Positions 1-8,695 of a stretch of 64,000 nucleotides of DNA are shown piece by piece; within the stretch, counting starts at the first letter, position 1; every line of letters begins with the position of its first letter. Under the pieces are notes generated by a model, which saw only the letters and a program-made list of their open reading frames with translations, was not told the DNA's origin and ran no database searches. A program made the translations under genes and the position numbers. The DNA is from Methanobacteriota archaeon (GTDB lineage: Archaea; Thermoplasmatota; Poseidoniia; Poseidoniales; Thalassarchaeaceae): positions 42,881 through 106,880 of the forward strand of contig PBMR01000009.1 in NCBI GenBank assembly GCA_002722735.1, given 5' to 3'.

Positions 1-617
1 ATGTTAGTGGGGGGAATACCCAGGTGATTGCTCGTGCCGAAGGCCGCTACAGGGTATTAGGCGAAACCCTTGACATAGGAATCGGTAACATGCTGGACAA
101 GTTTGCAAGAACTCATGGAATCCCCTTCCCCGGGGGCCCGGAGATCGAGAGGCTTGCCGACGCCTGCCTACAGGAAGGTCCCCCGAGCCTCGATGACGTG
201 CTATTGCCGTACGGCGTTCACGGAATGGACATTGCATTCTCGGGTATCCTAACATCCGCTGTCCAGAAGGTCCGTGACGGCATCCCATTGCGAGTTGTTT
301 GTTGGTCTCTGCAGGAACATGCTTTCGCCACCTGTGTGGAAGTAGCTGAGAGGGCCTTGGCCCACACGGGAAAGACCGAGTTGCTATTGGGTGGTGGAGT
401 TGCCTGTAATGGGAGATTGAGGCGGATGGCACAAAAGATGTGCATTGACAGGGGGGGCAGCGCGCATTGGCCAGACAATGCCTACTGTGTTGACAATGGC
501 ACGATGATTGCGGAGTTGGGCAGGAGGATGCACCAGTGCGGCATCTCAACTAGGGTGGAGGACAGTGCGATCAACCCCTCTCTCCGAACTGACAACACTA
601 GCGTTGCATGGGCATGA
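1..617 (+). CDS. kae1: tRNA N6-adenosine threonylcarbamoyltransferase Kae1, C-terminal part (5' end outside window)
   Basis: Frame is open from the window edge (from nt 3: VSGGNTQVIARAEG...). Kae1/TsaD-type motifs LLLGGGVACN and DNGTMIA. Stop at 615-617. Confidence 0.85.
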   Translation, partial: VSGGNTQVIARAEGRYRVLGETLDIGIGNMLDKFARTHGIPFPGGPEIERLADACLQEGPPSLDDVLLPYGVHGMDIAFSGILTSAVQKVRDGIPLRVVCWSLQEHAFATCVEVAERALAHTGKTELLLGGGVACNGRLRRMAQKMCIDRGGSAHWPDNAYCVDNGTMIAELGRRMHQCGISTRVEDSAINPSLRTDNTSVAWA

Positions 618-675
618 CATATCGAGAATGCTTATGAGAGTCGGTTAGACCGAGGCACTGAGGACTGATTAGACA

Positions 676-1467
676 GTGCAGCGGAGGAGGAAGCGAAAGG
701 CAGAACCGAAGAACGTCTTCGGTTCAGGTTCTCAGCCCAAGACCCCGAAAAAGGAATCTATGCGTTCAAGCGAACGGCCTGCTAAGTCCAAGATCAAACC
801 CCTCCCCCCCACGATCCCGGGTTCTAAACCCAAACCATTCGTTGCTCCTGGCCCCCTCCAGCTCGAACCCGAAGTCGACGATATTGCCGAGACCAATGTC
901 CTTGTCGACCAAACCCCAATTTCCGAGGACTCACCTTCTGCTGCTATTCTCGAACAACAACTGCTGGGAGATCCGCAGAGGTCTCAACTTGGCCTTAGTA
1001 AGCCAGTTCCAGCTGCTCCCGAGCCAGAGGTGATTGAACGCACTAGAACCACCAGTGAAAGGGCAAAGGAACTGATTGAAAGCAGCAGGGCCAGGGCCTC
1101 GGCTCGGGTGGACCCCCCTCGTAAGCCCAAGTCCCCAGCGGAAAATGACACTCCAAAACCACAAATCAAGCCCCGGAGGAAGTTCAGGAGCAGGGTCCGT
1201 TCATTTCAGCCAGCCGCCAGAGCAAGGAGACTAGATAGGAGTAGGCACATGGAGTACAAGTACGAGATGAGGCTGAAACTCTCTGATATGGGGATTGCAG
1301 AGGAGCACAGATCCAATATCCTTGCTACTATCTGGGCACGCGGTGAGCGAAAGACATCCAATGAATCAAAGGAGTTTCTCAACGAGAAGCTCCAAGAGGG
1401 CATAATCAACGATGAGCAGAGTAAGAAACTGGGAAAGATCATCGACGAATACACGGTCAGACGGTAG
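676..1467 (+). CDS. hypothetical protein: Lys/Pro/Glu-rich low-complexity N-terminus plus ~80-aa helical C-terminal domain
   Basis: 263-codon ORF with a GTG start at 676 (alternative ATG at 760). No recognisable family motif. Strong compositional bias (K, P, E, S, R) over the first ~180 aa. Confidence 0.5.
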   Translation: MQRRRKRKAEPKNVFGSGSQPKTPKKESMRSSERPAKSKIKPLPPTIPGSKPKPFVAPGPLQLEPEVDDIAETNVLVDQTPISEDSPSAAILEQQLLGDPQRSQLGLSKPVPAAPEPEVIERTRTTSERAKELIESSRARASARVDPPRKPKSPAENDTPKPQIKPRRKFRSRVRSFQPAARARRLDRSRHMEYKYEMRLKLSDMGIAEEHRSNILATIWARGERKTSNESKEFLNEKLQEGIINDEQSKKLGKIIDEYTVRR

Positions 1468-1487
1468 CACCCGATTGAGAATGGTTC

Positions 1488-3053
1488 TTGTTGCCTTACC
1501 CGTTGGGCTTCTCCGTGGGAGGCAAAACCACCGACAATTCACATGATAGGGCAATTATGCCCATGGCCGGCGAGCCCCCCTACAGGAGGGGGATTCACAA
1601 TGAGATGTACTCCCACCGCTTGTGGACAATGAGGCAGTACGCCGGATTCTCCACTCCTGCTAAGACAAACCATAGATTCCGCACTCTGTTGGACGGTGGA
1701 CAAACCGGCCTCTCCGTAGCCTTCGATCTTCCCACCCAACTGGGTCTCGACTCTGATGACGAACAGGCAGTGGGCGAGGTTGGAAAGGTCGGTGTGGCTA
1801 TCGACTCCATTCACGACATGAGGGCCCTATTGGAGGGCATAGACCTCAGCCAAATCTCAACTTCGATGACGATAAATGCCCCTGCTACCACACTATTGGC
1901 CCTATACGTTGCCGTGGCCGATGAGCGAGGGATTCCGAGAGGCGATTTATCCGGGACTGTGCAGAATGACATAATCAAGGAGTACATTGCAAGGGGCCTC
2001 TACATCTATCCTCCCAAGCAATCTGTGAGGCTCACTACCGATCTGATGAATTGGTGCAGGGACCAAGTGCCAAGGTGGAACTCAATTTCTGTTAGTGGCT
2101 ACCACCTCAGGGAGGCTGGATGCACTGCAGGCCAAGAAATCGGACTAACTCTCTCAAACGCCCTTTTCTATGCAAGGAGCGCGATAGAATCAGGGTTGGG
2201 AATCGACGATTTCGCACCGAGGATGTCCTTCTTCTTCGCTTGCCACAATGACTTCCTAGGAGAGATCTGCAAATTCAGAGCTGCCAGGCAGCTCTGGTTC
2301 GAACTGGTGACTTCGGAGTTCGAACCTAGCAATCCGAAATCATCTCAACTGAGATTCCACACTCAGACATCAGGCGTAACCCTAACTGCACAGCAACCTC
2401 TGAACAATGCGATCAGGGTTGCCTACCAAGCTCTAGCTGCAGTGATGGGTGGAACGCAATCACTGCATACAAATAGCTTCGACGAGGCTCTTGGACTACC
2501 TACCGAGGAGTCAGCCATCATTGCCCTCAGAACTCAGCAGATACTAGCCGAGGAATCCGGGGTTACTGCGCATACCGATCCACTTGGGGGATCCTACTCC
2601 GTAGAGGAATTGACTGATCAGCTAATTCGCGAATCTAGGGACATTATCACCGAAATTGACTCATCAGGCGGTGCAATGGAGTGCGTGAAATCAGGTATCC
2701 AGCAGAGGATGATTCATGAAAGCGCCTGGTCCCAGATGCAGCGGGTGGAAAGCGGGCAAGAGCCAATCGTGGGCGTAAACATCCACTCTGACGGAACCAC
2801 ACCACACTATGAAGGCCCAAGGATTGATTCCAGTGAAGAGTCATCGAAGGTTAGGGAGTTGCGTGGTATTCGTAAGAGGAGGGACCATGCCAAGGTGTCC
2901 GAGGCCCTTTCGGAGCTAGTAGGGGCATGCAAAGACGGAACAAATGTCATGGAGCCCTTAGTAGGGGCAATGAAGGCCGAGGCTACCGTAGGGGAGGCCA
3001 ATGTCGTGATGAGGGAGGCCTTCGGCACATGGATGGCCCCGAGTGGTGTTTGA
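1488..3053 (+). CDS. methylmalonyl-CoA mutase, catalytic (large) chain
   Basis: AGEPPYRRGIH..LWTMRQYAGFST..TGLSVAFDLPTQLGLDSDD and a TIM-barrel MCM pattern throughout. Start is uncertain (TTG 1488 or ATG 1557). No B12-binding domain in this ORF. Confidence 0.9.
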   Translation: MLPYPLGFSVGGKTTDNSHDRAIMPMAGEPPYRRGIHNEMYSHRLWTMRQYAGFSTPAKTNHRFRTLLDGGQTGLSVAFDLPTQLGLDSDDEQAVGEVGKVGVAIDSIHDMRALLEGIDLSQISTSMTINAPATTLLALYVAVADERGIPRGDLSGTVQNDIIKEYIARGLYIYPPKQSVRLTTDLMNWCRDQVPRWNSISVSGYHLREAGCTAGQEIGLTLSNALFYARSAIESGLGIDDFAPRMSFFFACHNDFLGEICKFRAARQLWFELVTSEFEPSNPKSSQLRFHTQTSGVTLTAQQPLNNAIRVAYQALAAVMGGTQSLHTNSFDEALGLPTEESAIIALRTQQILAEESGVTAHTDPLGGSYSVEELTDQLIRESRDIITEIDSSGGAMECVKSGIQQRMIHESAWSQMQRVESGQEPIVGVNIHSDGTTPHYEGPRIDSSEESSKVRELRGIRKRRDHAKVSEALSELVGACKDGTNVMEPLVGAMKAEATVGEANVVMREAFGTWMAPSGV

Positions 3054-3470
3054 ATGGAAGAAGGGTCGATTAACCACATTGGAATCGCTACCAAGTCTCT
3101 AGACGAGGCCGGGGCCATTTGGTCGGCCTTCGGCTTCGAGCCAACAAATGAAGAAGTCCTTCCTGATCAAGGAGTGAGGGTGCGCTATCTTGCGGGTTCG
3201 GGCGGAACTAGGATCGAACTGCTCGAGCCATTGGACGATGGTGGCCCCGTTGGGAGATTCATAGCCAACAAGGGCGAGGGAGTGCAGCAGGTTGCAGTTG
3301 ATGTCGAGGACATCGAACTCGCTATCGCCCGTTTGAAGTCTATAGGATTAGAGATGATCAACGAACAGCCTACCATCGGCTCGGGCGGGCATAGGATAGC
3401 TTTCGTACATCCCTCGTCCTGCGGTGGAGTCCTAATCGAACTTGTCGAAAAGCCACAGTCAGAACGATGA
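3054..3470 (+). CDS. mce: methylmalonyl-CoA epimerase (VOC/glyoxalase fold)
   Basis: INHIGIATKSLDEA...IELLEPL...GEGVQQVAVDVEDI...HRIAFVHPSSCGGVLIELVE. The ATG directly follows the mutase TGA. Confidence 0.85.
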   Translation: MEEGSINHIGIATKSLDEAGAIWSAFGFEPTNEEVLPDQGVRVRYLAGSGGTRIELLEPLDDGGPVGRFIANKGEGVQQVAVDVEDIELAIARLKSIGLEMINEQPTIGSGGHRIAFVHPSSCGGVLIELVEKPQSER

Positions 3471-3495
3471 AAAAGGCTCCCTTGGTCGACAGGTC

Positions 3496-3795
3496 ATGAT
3501 TAGTTCACTAGAGCGTTTTGGAATCATCAGCAGTTCGAGTGTCGTTGCGATTCAGGAGGAGGTCGAATTCCTCCTTGACACTCTCGAGGTCCTTAGGGCA
3601 ACCAATGAAATCTCCAATGATGCGTTCTTGGAAGCAGGCTCAATTCAAGGTGGGCTGACTCTGATTCTGAACCTGCTCTCGCAGGGAATTTCGGATGAAG
3701 AGGCGAACTCCCAGTTGCTGAGGCTCAAAGAGCGGGCCAAGTCGTTGAATGACTCATTCCCTGGCCTGAATGATAAGATCGAGAGTCGAAGGTGA
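3496..3795 (+). CDS. hypothetical helical protein (99 aa)
   Basis: ORF 3442..3795 trimmed to the ATG at 3496 so that it does not overlap the epimerase. No family motif recognised. Confidence 0.4.
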   Translation: MISSLERFGIISSSSVVAIQEEVEFLLDTLEVLRATNEISNDAFLEAGSIQGGLTLILNLLSQGISDEEANSQLLRLKERAKSLNDSFPGLNDKIESRR

Positions 3796-3829
3796 CTGCC
3801 AGCTTTTCTCATCCCATCAACTGTCTAAA

Positions 3830-3845
3830 TATTACTATAGTAATA
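3830..3845. promoter_or_regulatory. perfect 16-bp palindrome TATTACTATAGTAATA upstream of the RHH gene, followed by GTAAT(A) repeats and an A/T-rich TATA-like box
   Basis: TATTACTATAGTAATA equals its own reverse complement. GTAATA occurs at 3840 and 3851, and GTAAT at 3868. ATTATATTTAG at ~3855-3865 lies ~25 nt before the ATG at 3885, consistent with a leaderless mRNA. Confidence 0.6.
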
Positions 3846-3884
3846 CTCAGGTAATATTATATTTAGAGTAATTTGTCCGGGGTT

Positions 3885-4055
3885 ATGCCCAAGGTAAGCC
3901 TTGACATGCCGAATGAGATACTTAACGATCTGAAGGTGCACGTGGGCGATGACAAGAAGTTCGTCAGCGTTGCGGACGCAATCAGGACTGCTTGTCGAAA
4001 GATGCTTGACCAACTGGATGAGATTGATGCTCGCCATGGGAGAATGGGGGAATAG
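3885..4055 (+). CDS. ribbon-helix-helix (CopG/MetJ-like) DNA-binding protein
   Basis: MPKVSLDMPNEILNDLKVHV...SVADAIRTACRKMLDQL shows a beta-strand/helix/helix pattern. The stop lies 1 nt before the folE ATG. Confidence 0.7.
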   Translation: MPKVSLDMPNEILNDLKVHVGDDKKFVSVADAIRTACRKMLDQLDEIDARHGRMGE

Positions 4056-4056
4056 C

Positions 4057-4638
4057 ATGGTAAGCAAGGAAGAGGCCGCCTCAGCAGTAGACACCTTGGT
4101 TCGTTACATCGAGGGTTGCAACGGTGAATTGAGAGAGGGATTGGAGCATACTCCTCTTAGGGTCGTAGACTCGTATGCCGAGGTATTCTCTGGATATGCA
4201 GGTGATTCGAGGGCGACTCTGGACTCGACCTTCAACGCGGAGGGGTATGACGGAATCGTTCTGTTGAGGGACATTGAGTTTCACAGCACCTGCGAGCATC
4301 ACCTCCAACCCTTCTCCGGAAGAGCACATATCGCCTATATTCCAATTGAGAGGATTGTGGGCATAAGCAAACTCGCTAGGCTACTAGATATCCATGCAAA
4401 GAGGCTACAGAACCAAGAGAGGGTCACTAAGGGGATCGCTGACGACTTGGAGAAGTATCTCAAGCCCCTTGGTTGTGCGGTAATCATCGAGGCGCAGCAC
4501 GGTTGCATGAGATGTAGGGGCGTTCAGAAGCAGAACGCAATAATGACGACTAGTGCGATGAGAGGTGTCTTCTTTGAAAAGGCCGAAGCCCGCTCGGAGC
4601 TAATGAAACTAATCCGCAGTGACTCACTGCAGGGGTAA
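4057..4638 (+). CDS. folE: GTP cyclohydrolase I (FolE type)
   Basis: STCEHHLQPFSGRAHIAYIP..IVGISKLARL..RLQNQERVT..EAQHGCMRCRGV. The ORF-track start at 3949 overlaps the RHH gene; the ATG at 4057 is preferred. Confidence 0.9.
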   Translation: MVSKEEAASAVDTLVRYIEGCNGELREGLEHTPLRVVDSYAEVFSGYAGDSRATLDSTFNAEGYDGIVLLRDIEFHSTCEHHLQPFSGRAHIAYIPIERIVGISKLARLLDIHAKRLQNQERVTKGIADDLEKYLKPLGCAVIIEAQHGCMRCRGVQKQNAIMTTSAMRGVFFEKAEARSELMKLIRSDSLQG

Positions 4639-4642
4639 GTGA

Positions 4643-5239
4643 ATGGTCTCTTACCCAATAGTCGAGATTTTCCACTCGGTCCAGGGCGAGGGGCATCACT
4701 GTGGAATTCCTCACGTTTTCGTTCGATTCGGGAACTGCAACCTCCGGTGCGAATGGTGTGACACCGACTTCCTTACCTATGAGGAGAAGGAGTTAGATTC
4801 CATAGTTGAAGAGGTATTGACATACAATTGTGACAGGGTCGTCTTCACTGGGGGGGAGCCGGCTATGCAGGATCTAGCCACAATAGGCCGACGGCTCAAG
4901 GAACACGGAATCACCCTCTCCATCGAGACAAACGGTTCCATCCCAGTGGATTCTATCATCGACTGGATTTGTGTCAGCCCTAAGGACCAGGTCTATCCCA
5001 ATGTGACTGTCAAGCAGATCACCGGGGACGAACTGAAGGTTGTGTACTGCGGCCAATCGCTGGATATGTATGACGAATTGAGATTAGGTTTTGACCATCA
5101 CTTCCTTCAGCCGTGCTACGTGGAATCGGCCTCAGTGGAACAGAACGGCAGGGACTTCCAGATCGTAGAGCAGCTGGTCAAGGATAGCCACGGATGGAGG
5201 TTGAGTTTACAGACCCACAAGTGGATGGGGGTGCTTTGA
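4643..5239 (+). CDS. queE: 7-carboxy-7-deazaguanine synthase (radical SAM)
   Basis: EIFHSVQGEG..VFVRFGNCNLRCEWCDT and FTGGEP motifs. Confidence 0.9.
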   Translation: MVSYPIVEIFHSVQGEGHHCGIPHVFVRFGNCNLRCEWCDTDFLTYEEKELDSIVEEVLTYNCDRVVFTGGEPAMQDLATIGRRLKEHGITLSIETNGSIPVDSIIDWICVSPKDQVYPNVTVKQITGDELKVVYCGQSLDMYDELRLGFDHHFLQPCYVESASVEQNGRDFQIVEQLVKDSHGWRLSLQTHKWMGVL

Positions 5240-6019
5240 TTGCGAGCAGTGATGTCACTCTCAGGTGGGATGGACAGTACAGCACTACTGTTGAGACTCT
5301 TGGCCGACGGTTACAAGGTATCTTGCCTGACATATGACTACGGGCAGAAGCACTCGATTGAGATCGAGCGCGCCAAGTCAAACATCTCATACCTGAGAAG
5401 TAGGGGAATTGATGTAGTGCATACTGTTGTTGACCTGAGATCGGCTATGGGTTCATTCCATTCCGCTTTGACCACGCCGGAATTTGAAGTTCCCGAGGGA
5501 CACTACGAGTCGGAGCAGATGAAGCATACGGTGGTTCCCAATAGGAACGCCATTTTCTCATCAATCCTCTATGGCCATGCACTATCAGTGGCCACACGGG
5601 AAAAATCCCAAGTATCCATCGCGCTTGGTGTGCACAGCGGGGACCACGAAATATACCCTGACTGCCGGCCAGAGTTCTACGTGGCCCTCGAATCTGCCTT
5701 CAGAGTAGGCAACTGGGCCAGCGACACGGTATCCTTCCACTTGCCTTACATTGATGAGGACAAGTCCTCCATACTCATTGATGCCCTCGATTCAGTGGAT
5801 GCCCTGGGGTTGGACTTTGACACTGTTTTCGCGAACACGATTACTTCGTACAACCCAGACCCGATTGGTCGAAGCTCTGGGAAGTCTGGTTCTGATGTGG
5901 AGCGGATACTTGCATTCCATTCTATTGGACGCAAGGATCCTGTGGAGTACGTCGACGTCTGGGATAAAGTACTGGAAAATGCAATCATCGCTGAGCGTGA
6001 TCAAGAGGCATCGACATGA
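5240..6019 (+). CDS. queC: 7-cyano-7-deazaguanine (preQ0) synthase
   Basis: PP-loop SLSGGMDSTALL. The TTG start abuts the queE stop (alternative ATG at 5252). Confidence 0.85.
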   Translation: MRAVMSLSGGMDSTALLLRLLADGYKVSCLTYDYGQKHSIEIERAKSNISYLRSRGIDVVHTVVDLRSAMGSFHSALTTPEFEVPEGHYESEQMKHTVVPNRNAIFSSILYGHALSVATREKSQVSIALGVHSGDHEIYPDCRPEFYVALESAFRVGNWASDTVSFHLPYIDEDKSSILIDALDSVDALGLDFDTVFANTITSYNPDPIGRSSGKSGSDVERILAFHSIGRKDPVEYVDVWDKVLENAIIAERDQEAST

Positions 6020-6435
6020 GTGACAGGCTTCCGCTATTCATTCCCGAAAGGGATGCGGAATGGAGGTCTAGGCTGACTCCGCTACAGTACCATGTGACTA
6101 GGGAGGCAGGAACGGAGAGACCCAACACAGGTCTCCTCAATATGGAGGAAAGTGAAGGCTCATACTACTGCGTTTGCTGTGGGCACATACTCTTCACAGC
6201 CGAGATGAAGTACAACTCCGGATGCGGTTGGCCTGCCTTCCACGCCGAGCACCCAGCCGCGGGAATCAGGAGGCTGACAGACAGGAGCCTCGGAAGGGTG
6301 CGTGTCGAGGTCAGGTGCGGCTCATGCGACTCACACCTAGGGCATGTCTTCGAAGACGGTCCCATTGAGTTCGGTGGTGAGAGGTACTGCATCAACTCTG
6401 CTAGCATGGACTTCATTCCGGAGGAAGACGCGTGA
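6016..6435 (+). CDS. msrB: peptide-methionine (R)-S-oxide reductase
   Basis: LTPLQYHVTREAGTERP, CxxC pairs (CVCCGH, CGSCDSHLGHVF) and catalytic RYCINSAS. ATGA overlap with the queC stop. Confidence 0.9.
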   Translation: MSDRLPLFIPERDAEWRSRLTPLQYHVTREAGTERPNTGLLNMEESEGSYYCVCCGHILFTAEMKYNSGCGWPAFHAEHPAAGIRRLTDRSLGRVRVEVRCGSCDSHLGHVFEDGPIEFGGERYCINSASMDFIPEEDA

Positions 6436-6881
6436 CTTCTACTATCCGGCGCTGGGTGGAGACGGACACCGGTCATAGGGTGCCCAACCACAGGAGCAAG
6501 TGCCGTAACTTCCACGGTCACAGGTACAGGTGGGAGGCTGAATTGAAGGGAGAGGTCGTCACCAGGGACGGGGCCTCGGAGGAGGGCATGCTAATCGATT
6601 TCGGCGATGTTTCCAAGATTCTAGAGGAGCAGATTCACGACATCGTAGACCACGCTTTCATAATCTACGTGGGCGATAACGAAGGCATTGAGGCCCTCAC
6701 GGTTCTGGGGGCTGGCCATAAGACGCTGGTGGTTCCCTTTGTGCCCACAGCCGAGAACCTGGCCAAGTGGGCATTCGCCCAGATTGAGCCATTCATAGAG
6801 ACGGCTTATGGCAATGAGCTTCGACTAGCAGCATTCCACGTAAGGGAGACTCCTAAATCATGGGCAAGTTGGGCTCCTTAG
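6432..6881 (+). CDS. queD: 6-carboxy-5,6,7,8-tetrahydropterin synthase
   Basis: DTGHRVPNH..CRNFHGHRY PTPS/QueD motif. GTGA overlap with the msrB stop. Confidence 0.85.
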   Translation: MTSTIRRWVETDTGHRVPNHRSKCRNFHGHRYRWEAELKGEVVTRDGASEEGMLIDFGDVSKILEEQIHDIVDHAFIIYVGDNEGIEALTVLGAGHKTLVVPFVPTAENLAKWAFAQIEPFIETAYGNELRLAAFHVRETPKSWASWAP

Positions 6882-6907
6882 TGGTTAAAGATCCAATATC
6901 AATGAAA

Positions 6908-7834
6908 TCATAAATAGCGTCTCTCTTTGAGGTCATTGTGGTAGTGCCTGCCCAACTCGGGTCCCTTCTGAGCAATCCACTCGCTGAATAGAGACTCGCC
7001 CAATGGCTCTTCATTAGAAGCAACAAGGCCTTGCATGAGGCCCCGGATCTCTGCCCTAGTGATGACATCGTCCTTCAGAATTGCTCCGAAGGCCCTGCCA
7101 GCAGCCCATCCCATGATGGGGGGAACCGGCACAATCAGGCGACGAACCCCCATGCTTCTAGCAATCAATCCCACGAACTCTCGATAGGTGTATGTTTCTG
7201 GGCCGGCAGCATCCCTGGTCACATCCTCATTTCCCTTGCCCAAGCCTATGGCAATACGTGCCGAATCACGGACATGTATGGGCTGTATGGGGTATTCCCC
7301 CCATCCGAACACTCCAAAAACTGGGGATTTTCTGATTAACCAAGCCATGTTGTTGATCAGGACATTCCTCTTTCCACCGTACAATACGGTGGGCCGTATG
7401 ATTGCATACGAGAGTCCTGACTTCCTGAGGTCTCTCTCCACCTCCACCTTGCCCCTGAAGTAAGACCATCCCGGGGCCTCCTCTGGACGAGCAACGCTGA
7501 AGTGAACTACCCTACGAACTCCAGCCTCAGATGCGGCCCTGAATAATCTTCGACAGTTCTCAGTGGCTGTCGAGTGATCGTATCCCCCAGACTTCCTATT
7601 GTAGCGAACCCAGTAAGTGTTGTACATCACGTCTGCTCCACGCAGCGACTCCACGAGTGAAGTCCTGTCTTGGAAGTCTAGCGGATGTACTTCGATTCGC
7701 CCATCAAAGGGGTCGTCTCTGCCTACAGCGTTAGTTAGAGTTCGGACCCTAGCCCCCTCCGTGAGAAGCTGATGTGCTACCCATCTTCCGGAATAACCGA
7801 AGGCTCCGGTGACAATCTGGAGCCCCCCAATCAT
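6908..7834 (-). CDS. NAD(P)-binding atypical SDR / NmrA-epimerase family protein
   Basis: Rossmann motif IVTGAFGYSGRWVAHQL. Trimmed to the ATG at 7834 (ORF track gives 7882). Confidence 0.65.
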   Translation of the reverse strand: MIGGLQIVTGAFGYSGRWVAHQLLTEGARVRTLTNAVGRDDPFDGRIEVHPLDFQDRTSLVESLRGADVMYNTYWVRYNRKSGGYDHSTATENCRRLFRAASEAGVRRVVHFSVARPEEAPGWSYFRGKVEVERDLRKSGLSYAIIRPTVLYGGKRNVLINNMAWLIRKSPVFGVFGWGEYPIQPIHVRDSARIAIGLGKGNEDVTRDAAGPETYTYREFVGLIARSMGVRRLIVPVPPIMGWAAGRAFGAILKDDVITRAEIRGLMQGLVASNEEPLGESLFSEWIAQKGPELGRHYHNDLKERRYL

Positions 7835-7900
7835 AACATTTCGAGAATCCAATACCCGAAAAAACCACCCTATGGATCCCATTGTTGACGGAAACAGGCA

Positions 7901-8659
7901 CTACGGGCTATTTCGTTCAAAGGCATCTGCAGCCTCGCCCACCACAGCGAGCAATCTGTGAATCTCATCTCCCTTGGGCAGTCCTCTCATGATCACTCGC
8001 AACAGCGTTTCCTCAATCCCTCGTCTGCGATGATCCCTCGTAGGCATGGAAGCGACGAGTCGCTTGACCTCGGATTTGAATCTCCTCCTAAGCTCGGGTG
8101 AGACGAGGCGCTCTTCAGTTTCGGGCGCGACATCCTCGGTCGAATTGACAAACCAAGCGAAGCACAGTATCGCCACCGCGTGGCTCAGGTTTAGTATGGG
8201 GTATCCCTCCCACGAAGGAATAGTCACCAGCAAGTCGCATACTCTCAACTGCTCGTTTACCAGCCCCTTACCTTCGGGACCGAATACCAATGCGACCGTC
8301 CCCTCGGTCCCATCGAGGCGGCGAGGCAGCTCCTCGGGCATTATGAAGTGACGCAACTCCGTCTTGCTCCCCCCCTCTCGTTTGCCAGAGGTGCCAACCA
8401 CGATTGAGCAGTCCGCGACGGCCTCGACGAACGAAGAATGAAGAGTGGCCTCTTCCAGGACTATCTGGGCAGACTTGGCCCTGTTTCTGACCTCCTCCGA
8501 CCAAGGTCCCTCTCTACCAACAACCCTGAGGTCACGGATGCCGAAATTGAGCATCGCCCTAGCGACAGCGCCTATGTTACCATCGTGCTTGGGATTCACG
8601 AGTATGATGCACAGGTTCTCACTGAACGGGGGGTTAGGAACGTTCTGCCTGCCTCCCAT
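7901..8659 (-). CDS. SpoU/TrmH-family RNA 2'-O-methyltransferase (TrmJ-like)
   Basis: ILVNPKHDGNIGAVARAMLNFG, ALVFGPEGKGL and LNLSHAVAIL SPOUT motifs. Confidence 0.75.
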   Translation of the reverse strand: MGGRQNVPNPPFSENLCIILVNPKHDGNIGAVARAMLNFGIRDLRVVGREGPWSEEVRNRAKSAQIVLEEATLHSSFVEAVADCSIVVGTSGKREGGSKTELRHFIMPEELPRRLDGTEGTVALVFGPEGKGLVNEQLRVCDLLVTIPSWEGYPILNLSHAVAILCFAWFVNSTEDVAPETEERLVSPELRRRFKSEVKRLVASMPTRDHRRRGIEETLLRVIMRGLPKGDEIHRLLAVVGEAADAFERNSP

Positions 8660-8695
8660 GTAGGTGGGAGGGGGGCTTTGATGATGAGGGGTGCG

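Noticed and set aside
4-549. 181-aa minus-strand ORF antisense to kae1
   Set aside because: A shadow ORF opposite a well-supported Kae1 frame, with Cys/Arg/Pro-rich composition and no motif.
3949-4056. Upstream extension of the folE ORF (ORF-track start 3949)
   Set aside because: It overlaps the RHH gene in another frame. FolE similarity begins after the ATG at 4057, which lies 1 nt past the RHH stop.
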